DNA of 52,782 nt. Origin: a virus. Lineage: Duplodnaviria > Heunggongvirae > Uroviricota > Caudoviricetes. Where the stretch lies: the IMG/VR virus record IMGVR_UViG_2718218129_000002. One strand, given 5' to 3'. Below are positions 41,499-51,546 of the stretch, piece after piece. Positions within the stretch are counted from its first letter, which is position 1. Each line of letters opens with the position of its first letter. The notes beneath the pieces were generated by a model. It did no database searches. It was not told where the DNA came from and saw only the letters and a program-made list of their open reading frames with translations. The position numbers and the translations under genes were made by a program.

Positions 41499-42224
41499 TC
41501 ACTTTTCCGACACAATACGACTGGAGGAATCGACAATCTGACGGACAATATCCTGGTGCTTGTTCAGCTCACGCAGCGCGGCGCAGACTCGCTCCCACTT
41601 CTGGACATAACTTTTCGCCCGGCGCAGTTCGCGGTTTGCCATTTGCAGCGATGGTATAATCAGGTCATTGGCTCGCGTTTCAGTGAACGATGGTAGTGAC
41701 TGCACAATGTCCCCCACAGTATCTGTTTTAATTTCTTCCTGTGTTGCCGCTTCCTGTACTGGTAACGCAACACCGGCTGGCTGAGGAAAGCCTTTACCAG
41801 GTGTTTTCACTACCGATACAACTTTCGGCTCTGCTGGTAAATTACCGTCCGGCAGGCAGTAACGAAATTTACCGTTCTGATTTACGCGAATCAGACGACC
41901 TTTGCTGATGGCCATAGCCAGCGATGAGTTCACCCTGCGGGAAGTAATTCTGAATATCAGTGCAAGTTCATCAGCCGCTTTAGGGCCATGCTGTTCAATC
42001 GCCTCGATCAGCATTTGCGCTGTCACTTTAGAAGCCTGTGCTACAGATGCGTTTTCGTCGGTTTGAGTCAACCACCACATCGGGCCCTTGTTATCAGCTT
42101 CCCCACGACGCTTCAGTTTCCACAGCTCGTTAATCGCCTCATCCCGGGTCATTCCCAGACGTGCTGCCACTTCCTGGGAAGAGGCTTTTCCCATTGCTTT
42201 CAGTGCGTCAAAAACGGTCTCCAT
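41499..42224 (-). CDS. hypothetical phage protein, YdaW-like position
   Basis: 241 aa from METVFDALKAMG... with GGGAGGAA Shine-Dalgarno; N-terminal winged-helix-like segment. Confidence 0.5.
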   Translation of the reverse strand: METVFDALKAMGKASSQEVAARLGMTRDEAINELWKLKRRGEADNKGPMWWLTQTDENASVAQASKVTAQMLIEAIEQHGPKAADELALIFRITSRRVNSSLAMAISKGRLIRVNQNGKFRYCLPDGNLPAEPKVVSVVKTPGKGFPQPAGVALPVQEAATQEEIKTDTVGDIVQSLPSFTETRANDLIIPSLQMANRELRRAKSYVQKWERVCAALRELNKHQDIVRQIVDSSSRIVSEK

Positions 42225-42246
42225 TAAAATTTCCTCCCGGTAAAAA

Positions 42247-42993
42247 TTACTTCTCAATTCCTGGCTGACCAACATTCGGGCGCCAGCTCTCCCAGTTAAA
42301 ATTCACCCATCGCCCGCCGTTCATGGTCATCCGATCCATAATCCTCTCGCCGAGCAATGTTTTCATGGCCTCATAGTTCAGGTTTGTCAGCATCCCCACG
42401 CTGCGGATCGACGCTGTCCGGCGATCAACAATCTGGTGCAGTACCACCTGCTCGTTTTTTGTCTCGCGCTGAATGCCAATTTCATCAAGAACCAGCAGAT
42501 CCACTTCGCACAGTTCCCGCAAAAATTTTTCGCCTGATTGCCCGTCGTCATAGCTGGCGTGTAGAGCACTCATAACATCAGCCACGGTAACCACAATCAC
42601 TGTCTGACCGTTTTTCAGCAGGCGATTCCCGATAGCCGCCGCCAGATGGTTTTTTCCGGTACCAGGTTTTCCGCTAAACGCAAAATTTGTACACCCGACC
42701 ATCAGTTCATCGGCGATGAATTTCGCCTGGCTCAACGCGTATCGCTGGCCGTCGTTCTGCACCTGGTAATTCGAAAACGAGCATTTGCGGTGCAACGGCT
42801 GGATGCCGGAGCGATTCAGAATTTTTTCCACCCGCAACTGACGATTCTGGCGATTGATCTCCTCGCAACGTTTCTGGCCTTCTGCAAGTTGCCACTCGCG
42901 CCACTCCGCCACCGTCCTGAATGGCGCGGTTACATGTGGCGGGGCCAGTCTGCGGATACGTTCCAGAACGCCGCCTGTCGCAATATTTTTCAT
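42247..42993 (-). CDS. ydaV: DnaC-like helicase loader (IstB-like AAA+ ATPase)
   Basis: 248 aa; Walker A GKPGTGKNHLAAAIG; Walker B LLVLDEIG. Confidence 0.85.
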   Translation of the reverse strand: MKNIATGGVLERIRRLAPPHVTAPFRTVAEWREWQLAEGQKRCEEINRQNRQLRVEKILNRSGIQPLHRKCSFSNYQVQNDGQRYALSQAKFIADELMVGCTNFAFSGKPGTGKNHLAAAIGNRLLKNGQTVIVVTVADVMSALHASYDDGQSGEKFLRELCEVDLLVLDEIGIQRETKNEQVVLHQIVDRRTASIRSVGMLTNLNYEAMKTLLGERIMDRMTMNGGRWVNFNWESWRPNVGQPGIEK

Positions 42994-42999
42994 GGTCAG

Positions 43000-43788
43000 T
43001 TACCCCCTGAAGCCTGGCGGGATCGCACTGTCCGGAAACGAGACAGTGTTAACCTGTCGGAGCAACGTCTCAGGCCGAACACTTTTCGGCGCGAACAAGC
43101 CCTGGTATTCATTGGCGATGCTGTGTCGAATCACCTGCTCAGGGGTAAAACCCTGCTGGCGGAATTTTTCCAGTTCCCGTATCGCCCCGTTAGCGCCCTG
43201 CTCCGTTCGAATCGGTTTTCGCAATGCCTGCCTGAACTGGACCCACTCATTCCAGAGTGTTTCTGGCAACCAGTCGGGCAGAGCAATGGCCTCCGGCTCG
43301 AATTGTTTAGACGCTCGTTTTTGCCGAGGGGGATTTAGGGGGAGATCAGTATTTATATCTTCCTCTTCCTCTTCCTCTGGTAACGCTTTTTGATCCGTTT
43401 GTGTAACGCTGGCAGCGTTACCTTTTCGCTTCAGTTCGCGTATTTTTGTAACTCTCTCGTTTGTAACCGCCCGTTTTTTCGAGCTTTTTCCGTTATGACG
43501 CTCAAAGTTTGGTAGTGAAAGCACTCCATCACTTTCGACCAGCCATCCAACCTGAATTAACGCATCAGCAAAACCAGCCATAAAAGTGATACGGTCTATT
43601 GCACTTTTTGTAACGCCTCGAGCGTTACACTCTGCGTTACCGTCTATCATTTGTTGATCCGCCCATGCCCAGAAGCGAATGACTTTCCCTAATGCGGCAT
43701 CTGGATCAATATTCAGAATCTCAGCAAGCCTGAATATTTCCGGCTTATCCGGCGTAATAACTTCGAGCTTTATCCAGTTTGAAGCCAT
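43000..43788 (-). CDS. ydaU: replication initiation protein (O / DnaT-like)
   Basis: 262 aa directly upstream of the DnaC-like gene; acidic EEEEEED linker. Confidence 0.6.
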   Translation of the reverse strand: MASNWIKLEVITPDKPEIFRLAEILNIDPDAALGKVIRFWAWADQQMIDGNAECNARGVTKSAIDRITFMAGFADALIQVGWLVESDGVLSLPNFERHNGKSSKKRAVTNERVTKIRELKRKGNAASVTQTDQKALPEEEEEEDINTDLPLNPPRQKRASKQFEPEAIALPDWLPETLWNEWVQFRQALRKPIRTEQGANGAIRELEKFRQQGFTPEQVIRHSIANEYQGLFAPKSVRPETLLRQVNTVSFPDSAIPPGFRG

Positions 43789-43865
43789 TTGTTTTCACCT
43801 TGTAACGCTCGCAGCGTTACATTTAACTGATACCGAACAAAACAGTTCGGTACGATTAATTTCAA

Positions 43866-44288
43866 TCAATGCACTACGACAGAATCGCTAGGAGAACCGC
43901 CGCCGCTGAAATGTGCTTTACGGTAAACGGCCTGGACTGCATCATCATGCGCATCAATTGCCGTACTCAGTGCATCCTGTGCCGCCAGTAATGCACGGCG
44001 TTCCAGGGTATCGAAGATGCAGAGTCGGTGACGCAGCTCGCGAGGAAGAATTGCCAGAACCGCAGGGATCAGTTTCTGAATTTTTTCCCTTTGCGCATTC
44101 GTTTCACCTTTCAACCAACGATGATAGATATTCTGCTGATTGTTCCAGTCCTTGCCTGGTACCAGGGGCAATTCGCCGCCCCCCTGGCGCAGATATTCTT
44201 CAGTAATTGCGTTAGCGACCCACGCCTGCCCTTTTTCGGCTGCCAGGGCTAACAACACTGATTCGATGTGCTCATGCTTGATTTTCAT
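43866..44288 (-). CDS. ydaT: YdaT-like protein (cII-position early gene)
   Basis: 140 aa, the size and position of Rac YdaT. Confidence 0.6.
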   Translation of the reverse strand: MKIKHEHIESVLLALAAEKGQAWVANAITEEYLRQGGGELPLVPGKDWNNQQNIYHRWLKGETNAQREKIQKLIPAVLAILPRELRHRLCIFDTLERRALLAAQDALSTAIDAHDDAVQAVYRKAHFSGGGSPSDSVVVH

Positions 44289-44539
44289 GAATCAACTCCC
44301 ATCAGCTTTTTCGTAGTAGTTTTATTTCTGCCAATAGTTAAAATTGCATCGGCAGAAAATAATCCGTTTGATGCATGAGCGATTTTTTCAGCGTAATTTG
44401 TTTCGCCGGTATATTCTGTGCGAGGCAATTTTCCGTTATCCATCCATTTGTAGATTGCTCTTTGGCTGACACCACAAACGTCGGCCACAACAGAAACGCG
44501 AACAGTTTTGATTACATCTTCAAGTGTTTTCTGGTTCAT
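44285..44539 (-). CDS. ydaS: Cro-like HTH regulator YdaS
   Basis: Start set at MNQKTLEDVIKTV...; HTH segment VCGVSQRAIYKW; divergent from the repressor gene. Confidence 0.6.
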   Translation of the reverse strand: MNQKTLEDVIKTVRVSVVADVCGVSQRAIYKWMDNGKLPRTEYTGETNYAEKIAHASNGLFSADAILTIGRNKTTTKKLMGVDS

Positions 44540-44554
44540 ATCATCCTCACAATG

Positions 44555-44594
44555 TGAACTTTGAGTACATGCTATAACAGAACTGACAGTACAT
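44555..44594. promoter_or_regulatory. candidate operator repeats in the divergent repressor / ydaS region
   Basis: TGAAC-N4-AGTACAT at 44555-44570 and AGAAC-N4-AGTACAT at 44579-44594. Confidence 0.4.
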
Positions 44595-44618
44595 TCAAGA
44601 GCGAATATCATTGAACTT

Positions 44619-45038
44619 ATGGTTCATGAAGATAAAGCGCGTAAAGAGTTCGCCAGTAGGCTTGCGCTAGCCTGTGAAAACGCTGGTTATGAACAACATG
44701 GAAGGCAGGCAGAAATTGCCCGTCGAATGAAATTAACACCAAAAGCGGTTAGCAAATGGTTTAATGGTGAAACAATTCCTCGCCGAGAGAAATTAAGGGA
44801 ATTAGCAACACTCATTGGAACAACACCAACCTATCTTTTGGGAGAGGATACAGAAGAAAGTGGACAGATACGTTTCTATCAGGAGTTAAATCCAAGACAA
44901 AAAATCATCATTGACCTTCTGGACGAGCTCCCTGACAGTGAGACAGATGAACTTTTAAAAACTCTTGAGGAGAAAAAACAGAAGTACAATGCAATTTACG
45001 AAGAGTTAGCACGAAAGAAAAAACAAAAAGCCTCTTAA
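44619..45038 (+). CDS. racR: prophage repressor (XRE-type HTH), RacR-like
   Basis: 139 aa; N-terminal HTH; no LexA/S24-like C-terminal domain seen; divergent from ydaS. Confidence 0.65.
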   Translation: MVHEDKARKEFASRLALACENAGYEQHGRQAEIARRMKLTPKAVSKWFNGETIPRREKLRELATLIGTTPTYLLGEDTEESGQIRFYQELNPRQKIIIDLLDELPDSETDELLKTLEEKKQKYNAIYEELARKKKQKAS

Positions 45039-45104
45039 ACCAGCATAAATCCGGTAGCGTCCCCCTCCGGGTTTGTGCTTCACTTTATCCCGTCTCATTT
45101 TTTT

Positions 45105-45154
45105 ATACATAAAATGTACTTAAAGTACTTTACAATAATGAACACAAAGTACAT
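45105..45154. promoter_or_regulatory. second operator-like repeat cluster downstream of the repressor gene
   Basis: Palindrome ATGTACT-TAA-AGTACTT plus TGAAC-ACAA-AGTACAT at 45139-45154. Confidence 0.4.
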
Positions 45155-45325
45155 TATATACCTACCAACCCACCCCGCCCCACAGAACGCCGGGCAATAC
45201 TTCGAGTTACCAGGCAGTGGTCAGGGGTTAAGTAGCCAGCCCGAGGCGTATGAACATGACGGCGGGATTCAAATTTTGCAGTGCAGCAGTTAGTTCCGCC
45301 ACCCGGCGTTAAGGGGATAGATAAG

Positions 45326-45460
45326 ATGGTGCATTACGAAGTAGTTCAGTATTTGATGGATTGTTGCGGTATCACTTACAACCAGGCTGTGCAGGCTTTA
45401 CGCAGCAACGACTGGGATCTCTGGCAGGCAGAAGTCGCTATACGTAGCAACAAGATGTGA
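45326..45460 (+). CDS. ydaG: small protein, YdaG-like
   Basis: 44 aa hand-translated MVHYEVVQYLMDCCG...; strong AAGGGGA Shine-Dalgarno. Confidence 0.45.
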   Translation: MVHYEVVQYLMDCCGITYNQAVQALRSNDWDLWQAEVAIRSNKM

Positions 45461-45470
45461 GATTCGCAAA

Positions 45471-45626
45471 ATGCAAAAAATCGACCTCGGCAACAACGAA
45501 TCCCTGGTGTGCGGCGTGTTCCCCAACCAGGATGGAACGTTCACTGCCATGACGTATACCAAAAGCAAAACATTTAAAACCGAAACTGGTGCGCGCCGAT
45601 GGTTGGAGAAGCACACAGTAAGCTAA
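45471..45626 (+). CDS. ydaF: small protein, YdaF-like
   Basis: 51 aa hand-translated MQKIDLGNNESLVCGVFPNQDG... Confidence 0.45.
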   Translation: MQKIDLGNNESLVCGVFPNQDGTFTAMTYTKSKTFKTETGARRWLEKHTVS

Positions 45627-46234
45627 CGATTAAAACGTCTACTCCTGCTGTTCCAGAATAACTTCATAAAATGGGAGTATTTTTCGGTGACGAGATAATA
45701 AGAACAGTTTGCGCTATCACTCTGATGTTGAATGATGCCCTTCCGTTCTAATTTTTTCATAACCGGGTTACGGCAAGGAGAAGTGATAATAAGATTTCCT
45801 GTTTTAAGGAAATCTTTAAATACAGCGATTTCTTTCTCAGATAAACGAAGCAATACTCGTTGCTCTGGTAGTAATGAATAATGCTTTTGAATATGTGCTC
45901 GCAATCTTGAGAAGGAAATGGCGACCACGAAAGAAAAGGCAAAAACGATAATCTGAAAGAGCCAAGGTATTTCAGTATAAGCATTGAATGCGACAGTAAA
46001 CTCTTTCGGTATCAGCCAGAGAGTGAGACCAAAAATGATAATCGTATACATAAGTCTTTCGAGTGGCTCGTTAGCAAAAAGTTTCAACAATGGAGTAAAT
46101 ACATCCAACGTATCAATAACTCTCAACTGTAAGGGTATTGAAATGTTAACACAAGCTCTCGCTGTAGGGGTATAGCCGAGACCACCGAAGCCCGGAGGTG
46201 GTGAAATAAAACCGGGCACAACACGAAGGCGCAT
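45623..46234 (-). CDS. sieB: superinfection exclusion protein SieB-like membrane protein
   Basis: Hydrophobic segments; lies between the repressor region and kilR as sieB does in Rac; true start may be the internal Met MYTIIIFGL. Confidence 0.55.
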   Translation of the reverse strand: MRLRVVPGFISPPPGFGGLGYTPTARACVNISIPLQLRVIDTLDVFTPLLKLFANEPLERLMYTIIIFGLTLWLIPKEFTVAFNAYTEIPWLFQIIVFAFSFVVAISFSRLRAHIQKHYSLLPEQRVLLRLSEKEIAVFKDFLKTGNLIITSPCRNPVMKKLERKGIIQHQSDSANCSYYLVTEKYSHFMKLFWNSRSRRFNR

Positions 46235-46552
46235 TTCCGATATCCATAAAGAGTCGGTCTTGTCTGTTAAATTTAAATGGTGGGAGTGCGCCTCCGGTTG
46301 TAAATAACGACATTGCTGTGTGTAGTCCTGGCGGCATCAGTTTTTTTCTTGAAGTTCGGCTGATGTCCGCCCTTTTTAAAGTGAATTTTGTGATGCGGTG
46401 AATGCGGCTAAGCGCACGTGGCACAGTTAAAAGTCATGTTAGTCCTTATTGGTTTGGGTGGGAAAGCCGACTTTAATTGTTAACTGGTTGCAGTCACCTG
46501 GAGGCACCAGGCACCGCATCAACAAAGTTCATTTGTAAAAATGGAGATAATT

Positions 46553-46774
46553 ATGATTGCACATCACTTCGGAACTGATGAAATACCACGTCAGTGTGTG
46601 ACTCCTGGCGATTATGTTCTTCATGAAGGCCGGACATATATTGCCTCGGCAAACAATATTAAAAAGCGAAAACTATATATTCGTAACCTGACCACAAAAA
46701 CATGCATTACTGACCGCATGATTAAAGTCTTCCTCGGTCGTGATGGTTTACCTGTAAAGGCGGAGTCATGGTGA
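46553..46774 (+). CDS. kilR: Kil protein (FtsZ inhibitor)
   Basis: 73 aa from [15 protein letters not shown]...; GGAG Shine-Dalgarno six nt upstream. Confidence 0.65.
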   Translation: MIAHHFGTDEIPRQCVTPGDYVLHEGRTYIASANNIKKRKLYIRNLTTKTCITDRMIKVFLGRDGLPVKAESW

Positions 46775-46944
46775 TGACTAAGAAAATAAAATGTGCTTAC
46801 CACCTTTGCAAAAAAGACGTTGAAGAAAGCAAAGCTATTGAAAGAATGCTTCACTTCATGCACGGGATTTTATCAAAAGACGAACCGAGAAAATATTGCA
46901 GTGAAGCTTGTGCCGAAAAAGACCAGATGGCACATGAACTTTAA
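46774..46944 (+). CDS. ydaE: small Cys/His-rich protein YdaE-like
   Basis: 56 aa hand-translated [20 protein letters not shown]...; start overlaps the kilR stop. Confidence 0.5.
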   Translation: MTKKIKCAYHLCKKDVEESKAIERMLHFMHGILSKDEPRKYCSEACAEKDQMAHEL

Positions 46945-47018
46945 TTAATTGACTATTCGAAACTGAATTTATGCCAGAAATGGCAGGTATTCGCTCAACT
47001 TTAATTAAGGAGAAAAAC

Positions 47019-47294
47019 ATGATTACCAATTATGAAGCCACTGTTGTAACTACCGATGACATTGTTCACGAGGTGAATCTGGAAGGAAAGCGCATTGGCT
47101 ACGTAATTAAAACAGAAAATAAAGAAACCCCATTCACTGTGGTTGATATCGATGGTCCATCAGGCAACGTAAAAACACTTGATGAAGGTGTCAAAAAAAT
47201 GTGCCTGGTGCATATCGGAAAGAATCTGCCCGCAGAAAAAAAAGCCGAATTTCTGGCAACTCTAATTGCAATGAAATTAAAAGGTGAAATCTGA
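47019..47294 (+). CDS. racC: RacC-like protein
   Basis: 91 aa from MITNYEATVVTTDDIVHEV...; immediately upstream of recE. Confidence 0.6.
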   Translation: MITNYEATVVTTDDIVHEVNLEGKRIGYVIKTENKETPFTVVDIDGPSGNVKTLDEGVKKMCLVHIGKNLPAEKKAEFLATLIAMKLKGEI

Positions 47295-47395
47295 AAGAAA
47301 TAGCCTGCGTATGGCGCAGGCTATGAACAGTGTGTATCCGGCAAGATCATTCACTGAACAAAACGAATTTTAATCTGAGTTGAGGTTAAAAAACA

Positions 47396-49996
47396 ATGAG
47401 CACAAAACCACTCTTCCTGTTACGGAAAGCGAAAAAATCATCCGGTGAACCTGACGTCGTCCTGTGGGCAAGCAACGATTTTGAATCGACCTGTGCCACT
47501 CTGGACTACCTGATCGTTAAGTCAGGTAAAAAACTGAGCAGCTATTTTAAAGCTGTTGCCACGAATTTTCCTGTCGTTAATGACCTGCCCGCTGAAGGTG
47601 AGATCGATTTTACCTGGAGTGAACGCTATCAACTCAGCAAAGACTCCATGACATGGGAACTAAAACCGGGAGCAGCACCAGACAACGCTCACTATCAAGG
47701 CAATACCAACGTCAACGGCGAAGACATGACTGAGATTGAGGAGAATATGCTACTCCCAATTTCTGGCCAGGAACTGCCCATTCGTTGGCTTGCTCAACAC
47801 GGCAGCGAAAAACCGGTAACGCACGTTTCACGCGACGGACTCCAGGCATTACACATTGCTCGGGCTGAAGAACTACCGGCTGTTACTGCCCTGGCTGTTT
47901 CCCACAAAACCAGCCTGCTCGACCCGCTGGAAATTCGCGAACTCCACAAACTGGTTCGTGACACTGACAAAGTTTTCCCTAATCCTGGTAATTCAAACCT
48001 GGGACTGATAACTGCTTTTTTCGAAGCATACCTGAACGCTGACTACACCGATCGAGGACTGCTGACAAAAGAGTGGGTGAAGGGTAATCGTGTTTCACAC
48101 ATCACTCGCACGGCTTCCGGTGCTAATGCTGGCGGCGGAAACCTCACCGATCGCGGCGAAGGTTTCGTACACGATCTGACGTCACTGGCGCGCGACGTAG
48201 CCACTGGCGTACTGGCCCGTTCAATGGATCTGGACATCTATAACCTTCATCCGGCACACGCTAAACGCATTGAGGAAATTATCGCTGAAAATAAACCGCC
48301 CTTTTCTGTTTTCCGCGACAAATTCATCACCATGCCTGGCGGGCTGGATTATTCCCGCGCCATCGTGGTTGCGTCCGTAAAAGAAGCACCAATTGGGATC
48401 GAGGTCATCCCCGCGCACGTCACTGAATATCTGAACAAAGTACTGACTGAAACCGATCATGCCAACCCTGATCCGGAAATCGTGGATATTGCCTGCGGTC
48501 GCTCCTCTGCCCCGATGCCGCAGCGAGTAACAGAAGAAGGAAAACAGGATGATGAAGAAAAACCGCAACCATCTGGAACAACGGCAGTTGAACAGGGAGA
48601 GGCTGAAACAATGGAACCGGACGCAACTGAACATCATCAGGACACGCAGCCGCTGGATGCTCAGTCACAGGTAAATTCTGTTGATGCGAAATATCAGGAA
48701 CTGCGGGCAAAACTCCATGAAGCCCGGAAAAACATTCCATCAAAAAATCCTGTCGATGCCGATAAATTGCTTGCTGCATCACGTGGTGAATTTGTTGACG
48801 GAATTAGCGACCCGAACGATCCGAAATGGGTAAAGGGGATCCAGACTCGCGATTGTGTGTACCAGAACCAGCCAGAAACGGAAAAAACCAGCCCAGATAT
48901 GAATCAACCTGAGCCAGTAGTGCAACAGGAACCGGAAATAGCCTGCAATGCCTGCGGCCAGACTGGCGGGGATAACTGCCCTGACTGTGGTGCGGTGATG
49001 GGCGACGCAACATACCAGGAAACATTCGCTGAAGAGAGTCAGGTTGAAGCTAAGGAAAATGATCCGGAGGAAATGGAAGGCGCTGAACATCCGCACAATG
49101 AGAATGCTGGCAGCGATCCGCATCGCGATTGCAGTGATGAAACTGGCGAAGTCGCAGATCCCGTAATCGTAGAAGACATAGAGCCAGGTATTTATTACGG
49201 AATTTCGAATGAGAATTACCACGCGGGTCCCGGTATCAGTAAGTCTCAGCTCGATGACATTGCTGATACTCCGGCACTATATTTGTGGCGTAAAAATGCC
49301 CCCGTGGACACCACAAAGACAAAAACGCTCGATTTAGGAACTGCTTTCCACTGCCGGGTACTTGAACCGGAAGAATTCAGTAACCGCTTTATCGTAGCAC
49401 CTGAATTTAACCGCCGTACAAACGCCGGAAAAGAAGAAGAGAAAGCGTTTCTGATGGAATGCGCAAGCACAGGAAAAACGGTTATCACTGCGGAAGAAGG
49501 CCGGAAAATTGAACTCATGTATCAAAGCGTTATGGCTTTGCCGCTGGGGCAATGGCTTGTTGAAAGCGCCGGACACGCTGAATCATCAATTTACTGGGAA
49601 GATCCTGAAACAGGAATTTTGTGTCGGTGCCGTCCGGACAAAATTATCCCTGAATTTCACTGGATCATGGACGTGAAAACTACGGCGGATATTCAACGAT
49701 TCAAAACCGCTTATTACGACTACCGCTATCACGTTCAGGATGCATTCTACAGTGACGGTTATGTAGCACAGTTTGGAGTGCAGCCAACTTTCGTTTTTCT
49801 GGTTGCCAGCACAACTATTGAATGCGGACGTTATCCGGTTGAAATTTTCATGATGGGCGAAGAAGCAAAACTGGCAGGTCAACAGGAATATCACCGCAAT
49901 CTGCGAACCCTGTCTGACTGCCTGAATACCGATGAATGGCCAGCTATTAAGACATTATCACTGCCCCGCTGGGCTAAGGAATATGCAAATGACTAA
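47396..49996 (+). CDS. recE: exodeoxyribonuclease VIII RecE
   Basis: 866 aa, the size of RecE; acidic central linker; stop overlaps the recT start. Confidence 0.9.
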   Translation: MSTKPLFLLRKAKKSSGEPDVVLWASNDFESTCATLDYLIVKSGKKLSSYFKAVATNFPVVNDLPAEGEIDFTWSERYQLSKDSMTWELKPGAAPDNAHYQGNTNVNGEDMTEIEENMLLPISGQELPIRWLAQHGSEKPVTHVSRDGLQALHIARAEELPAVTALAVSHKTSLLDPLEIRELHKLVRDTDKVFPNPGNSNLGLITAFFEAYLNADYTDRGLLTKEWVKGNRVSHITRTASGANAGGGNLTDRGEGFVHDLTSLARDVATGVLARSMDLDIYNLHPAHAKRIEEIIAENKPPFSVFRDKFITMPGGLDYSRAIVVASVKEAPIGIEVIPAHVTEYLNKVLTETDHANPDPEIVDIACGRSSAPMPQRVTEEGKQDDEEKPQPSGTTAVEQGEAETMEPDATEHHQDTQPLDAQSQVNSVDAKYQELRAKLHEARKNIPSKNPVDADKLLAASRGEFVDGISDPNDPKWVKGIQTRDCVYQNQPETEKTSPDMNQPEPVVQQEPEIACNACGQTGGDNCPDCGAVMGDATYQETFAEESQVEAKENDPEEMEGAEHPHNENAGSDPHRDCSDETGEVADPVIVEDIEPGIYYGISNENYHAGPGISKSQLDDIADTPALYLWRKNAPVDTTKTKTLDLGTAFHCRVLEPEEFSNRFIVAPEFNRRTNAGKEEEKAFLMECASTGKTVITAEEGRKIELMYQSVMALPLGQWLVESAGHAESSIYWEDPETGILCRCRPDKIIPEFHWIMDVKTTADIQRFKTAYYDYRYHVQDAFYSDGYVAQFGVQPTFVFLVASTTIECGRYPVEIFMMGEEAKLAGQQEYHRNLRTLSDCLNTDEWPAIKTLSLPRWAKEYAND

Positions 49997-50798
49997 GCAA
50001 CCACCAATCGCAAAAGCCGATCTGCAAAAAACTCAGGGAAACCGTGCACCAGCAGCAGTTAAAAATAGCGACGTGATTAGTTTTATTAACCAGCCATCAA
50101 TGAAAGAGCAACTGGCAGCAGCTCTTCCACGCCATATGACGGCTGAACGTATGATCCGTATCGCCACCACAGAAATTCGTAAAGTTCCGGCGTTAGGAAA
50201 CTGTGACACTATGAGTTTTGTCAGTGCGATCGTACAGTGTTCACAGCTCGGACTTGAGCCAGGTAGCGCCCTCGGTCATGCATATTTACTGCCTTTTGGT
50301 AATAAAAACGAAAAGAGCGGTAAAAAGAACGTTCAGCTAATCATTGGCTATCGCGGCATGATTGATCTGGCTCGCCGTTCTGGTCAAATCGCCAGCCTGT
50401 CAGCCCGTGTTGTCCGTGAAGGTGACGAGTTTAGCTTCGAATTTGGCCTTGATGAAAAGTTAATACACCGCCCGGGAGAAAACGAAGATGCCCCGGTTAC
50501 CCACGTCTATGCTGTCGCAAGACTGAAAGACGGAGGTACTCAGTTTGAAGTTATGACGCGCAAACAGATTGAGCTGGTGCGCAGCCTGAGTAAAGCTGGT
50601 AATAACGGGCCGTGGGTAACTCACTGGGAAGAAATGGCAAAGAAAACGGCTATTCGTCGCCTGTTCAAATATCTGCCCGTATCAATTGAGATCCAGCGTG
50701 CAGTATCAATGGATGAAAAGGAACCACTGACAATCGATCCTGCAGATTCCTCTGTATTAACCGGGGAATACAGTGTAATCGATAATTCAGAGGAATAA
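49989..50798 (+). CDS. recT: single-strand annealing protein RecT
   Basis: 269 aa from [13 protein letters not shown]...; coupled to recE by ATGA overlap. Confidence 0.9.
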   Translation: MTKQPPIAKADLQKTQGNRAPAAVKNSDVISFINQPSMKEQLAAALPRHMTAERMIRIATTEIRKVPALGNCDTMSFVSAIVQCSQLGLEPGSALGHAYLLPFGNKNEKSGKKNVQLIIGYRGMIDLARRSGQIASLSARVVREGDEFSFEFGLDEKLIHRPGENEDAPVTHVYAVARLKDGGTQFEVMTRKQIELVRSLSKAGNNGPWVTHWEEMAKKTAIRRLFKYLPVSIEIQRAVSMDEKEPLTIDPADSSVLTGEYSVIDNSEE

Positions 50799-50854
50799 TT
50801 CAGCCTGGCGGTGTAATGCACCGCCAACTTGAAATATTTTTTATGAGAAAAATT

Positions 50855-51049
50855 ATGAGATATGACAATGTTAAACCATGTCCATTTTGTGGTTGTCCAT
50901 CAGTAACGGTGAAAGCCATTTCAGGATATTACCGAGCGAAGTGTAACGGATGCGAATCCCGAACCGGTTATGGTGGAAGTGAAAAAGAAGCACTCGAAAG
51001 ATGGAATAAACGAACCACTGGAAATAATAATGGAGGTGTTCATGTGTAA
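50855..51049 (+). CDS. ralR: restriction alleviation protein RalR/Lar
   Basis: 64 aa from MRYDNVKPCPFCGCPSVTVKAISGYYRAKCNGCESRTG...; zinc-ribbon-like Cys pairs. Confidence 0.75.
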   Translation: MRYDNVKPCPFCGCPSVTVKAISGYYRAKCNGCESRTGYGGSEKEALERWNKRTTGNNNGGVHV

Positions 51050-51251
51050 AATTACCGCCACTATTGAAAAGGAAGGTGGCACTCCTACTAACTGGACAAG
51101 ATATTCAAAATCTAAACTAACGAAATCAGAATGCGAAAAAATGCTCTCAGGTAAAAAAGAAGCAGGCGTTTCCAGAGAGCAGAAAGTAAAACTGATAAAT
51201 TTTAATTGCGAGAAACTTCAGTCCTCGAGAATTGCATTGTATTCAAATTAA
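51042..51251 (+). CDS. ydaC: YdaC-like small protein
   Basis: 69 aa from MCKITATIEKEGG...; GGAGGTG Shine-Dalgarno. Confidence 0.55.
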   Translation: MCKITATIEKEGGTPTNWTRYSKSKLTKSECEKMLSGKKEAGVSREQKVKLINFNCEKLQSSRIALYSN

Positions 51252-51329
51252 AACTTCATAGCTGATTATTAATAATCAACATCGGGCGTCAATTTCAGTC
51301 TAACATTGGCGCCTGCCAGAGGTGATGCG

Positions 51330-51545
51330 ATGGCACAAGTAATCTTTAATGAAGAGTGGATGGTTGAATACGGCCTGATGCTTCGCACTGGTCTGGGGGC
51401 CAGACAAATTGAAGCATACCGCCAGAACTGTTGGGTGGAGGGCTTCCACTTCAAACGAGTATCTCCTTTAGGTAAGCCAGACAGCAAACGAGGGATTATC
51501 TGGTACAACTATCCAAAGATAAATCAGTTTATCAAAGACTCATGA
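51330..51545 (+). CDS. xisR: excisionase-like protein
   Basis: 71 aa from [15 protein letters not shown]...; directly upstream of and nearly abutting the integrase. Confidence 0.6.
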   Translation: MAQVIFNEEWMVEYGLMLRTGLGARQIEAYRQNCWVEGFHFKRVSPLGKPDSKRGIIWYNYPKINQFIKDS

Positions 51546-51546
51546 T

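Noticed and set aside
45398-45616. 72-aa minus-strand ORF between the repressor and sieB
   Set aside because: It overlaps two plus-strand small ORFs that have Shine-Dalgarno sequences and match the known small Rac genes in size and order.
46146-46424. 92-aa minus-strand ORF upstream of kilR
   Set aside because: No ribosome-binding site and odd composition; the region is more likely the early-left promoter and leader.
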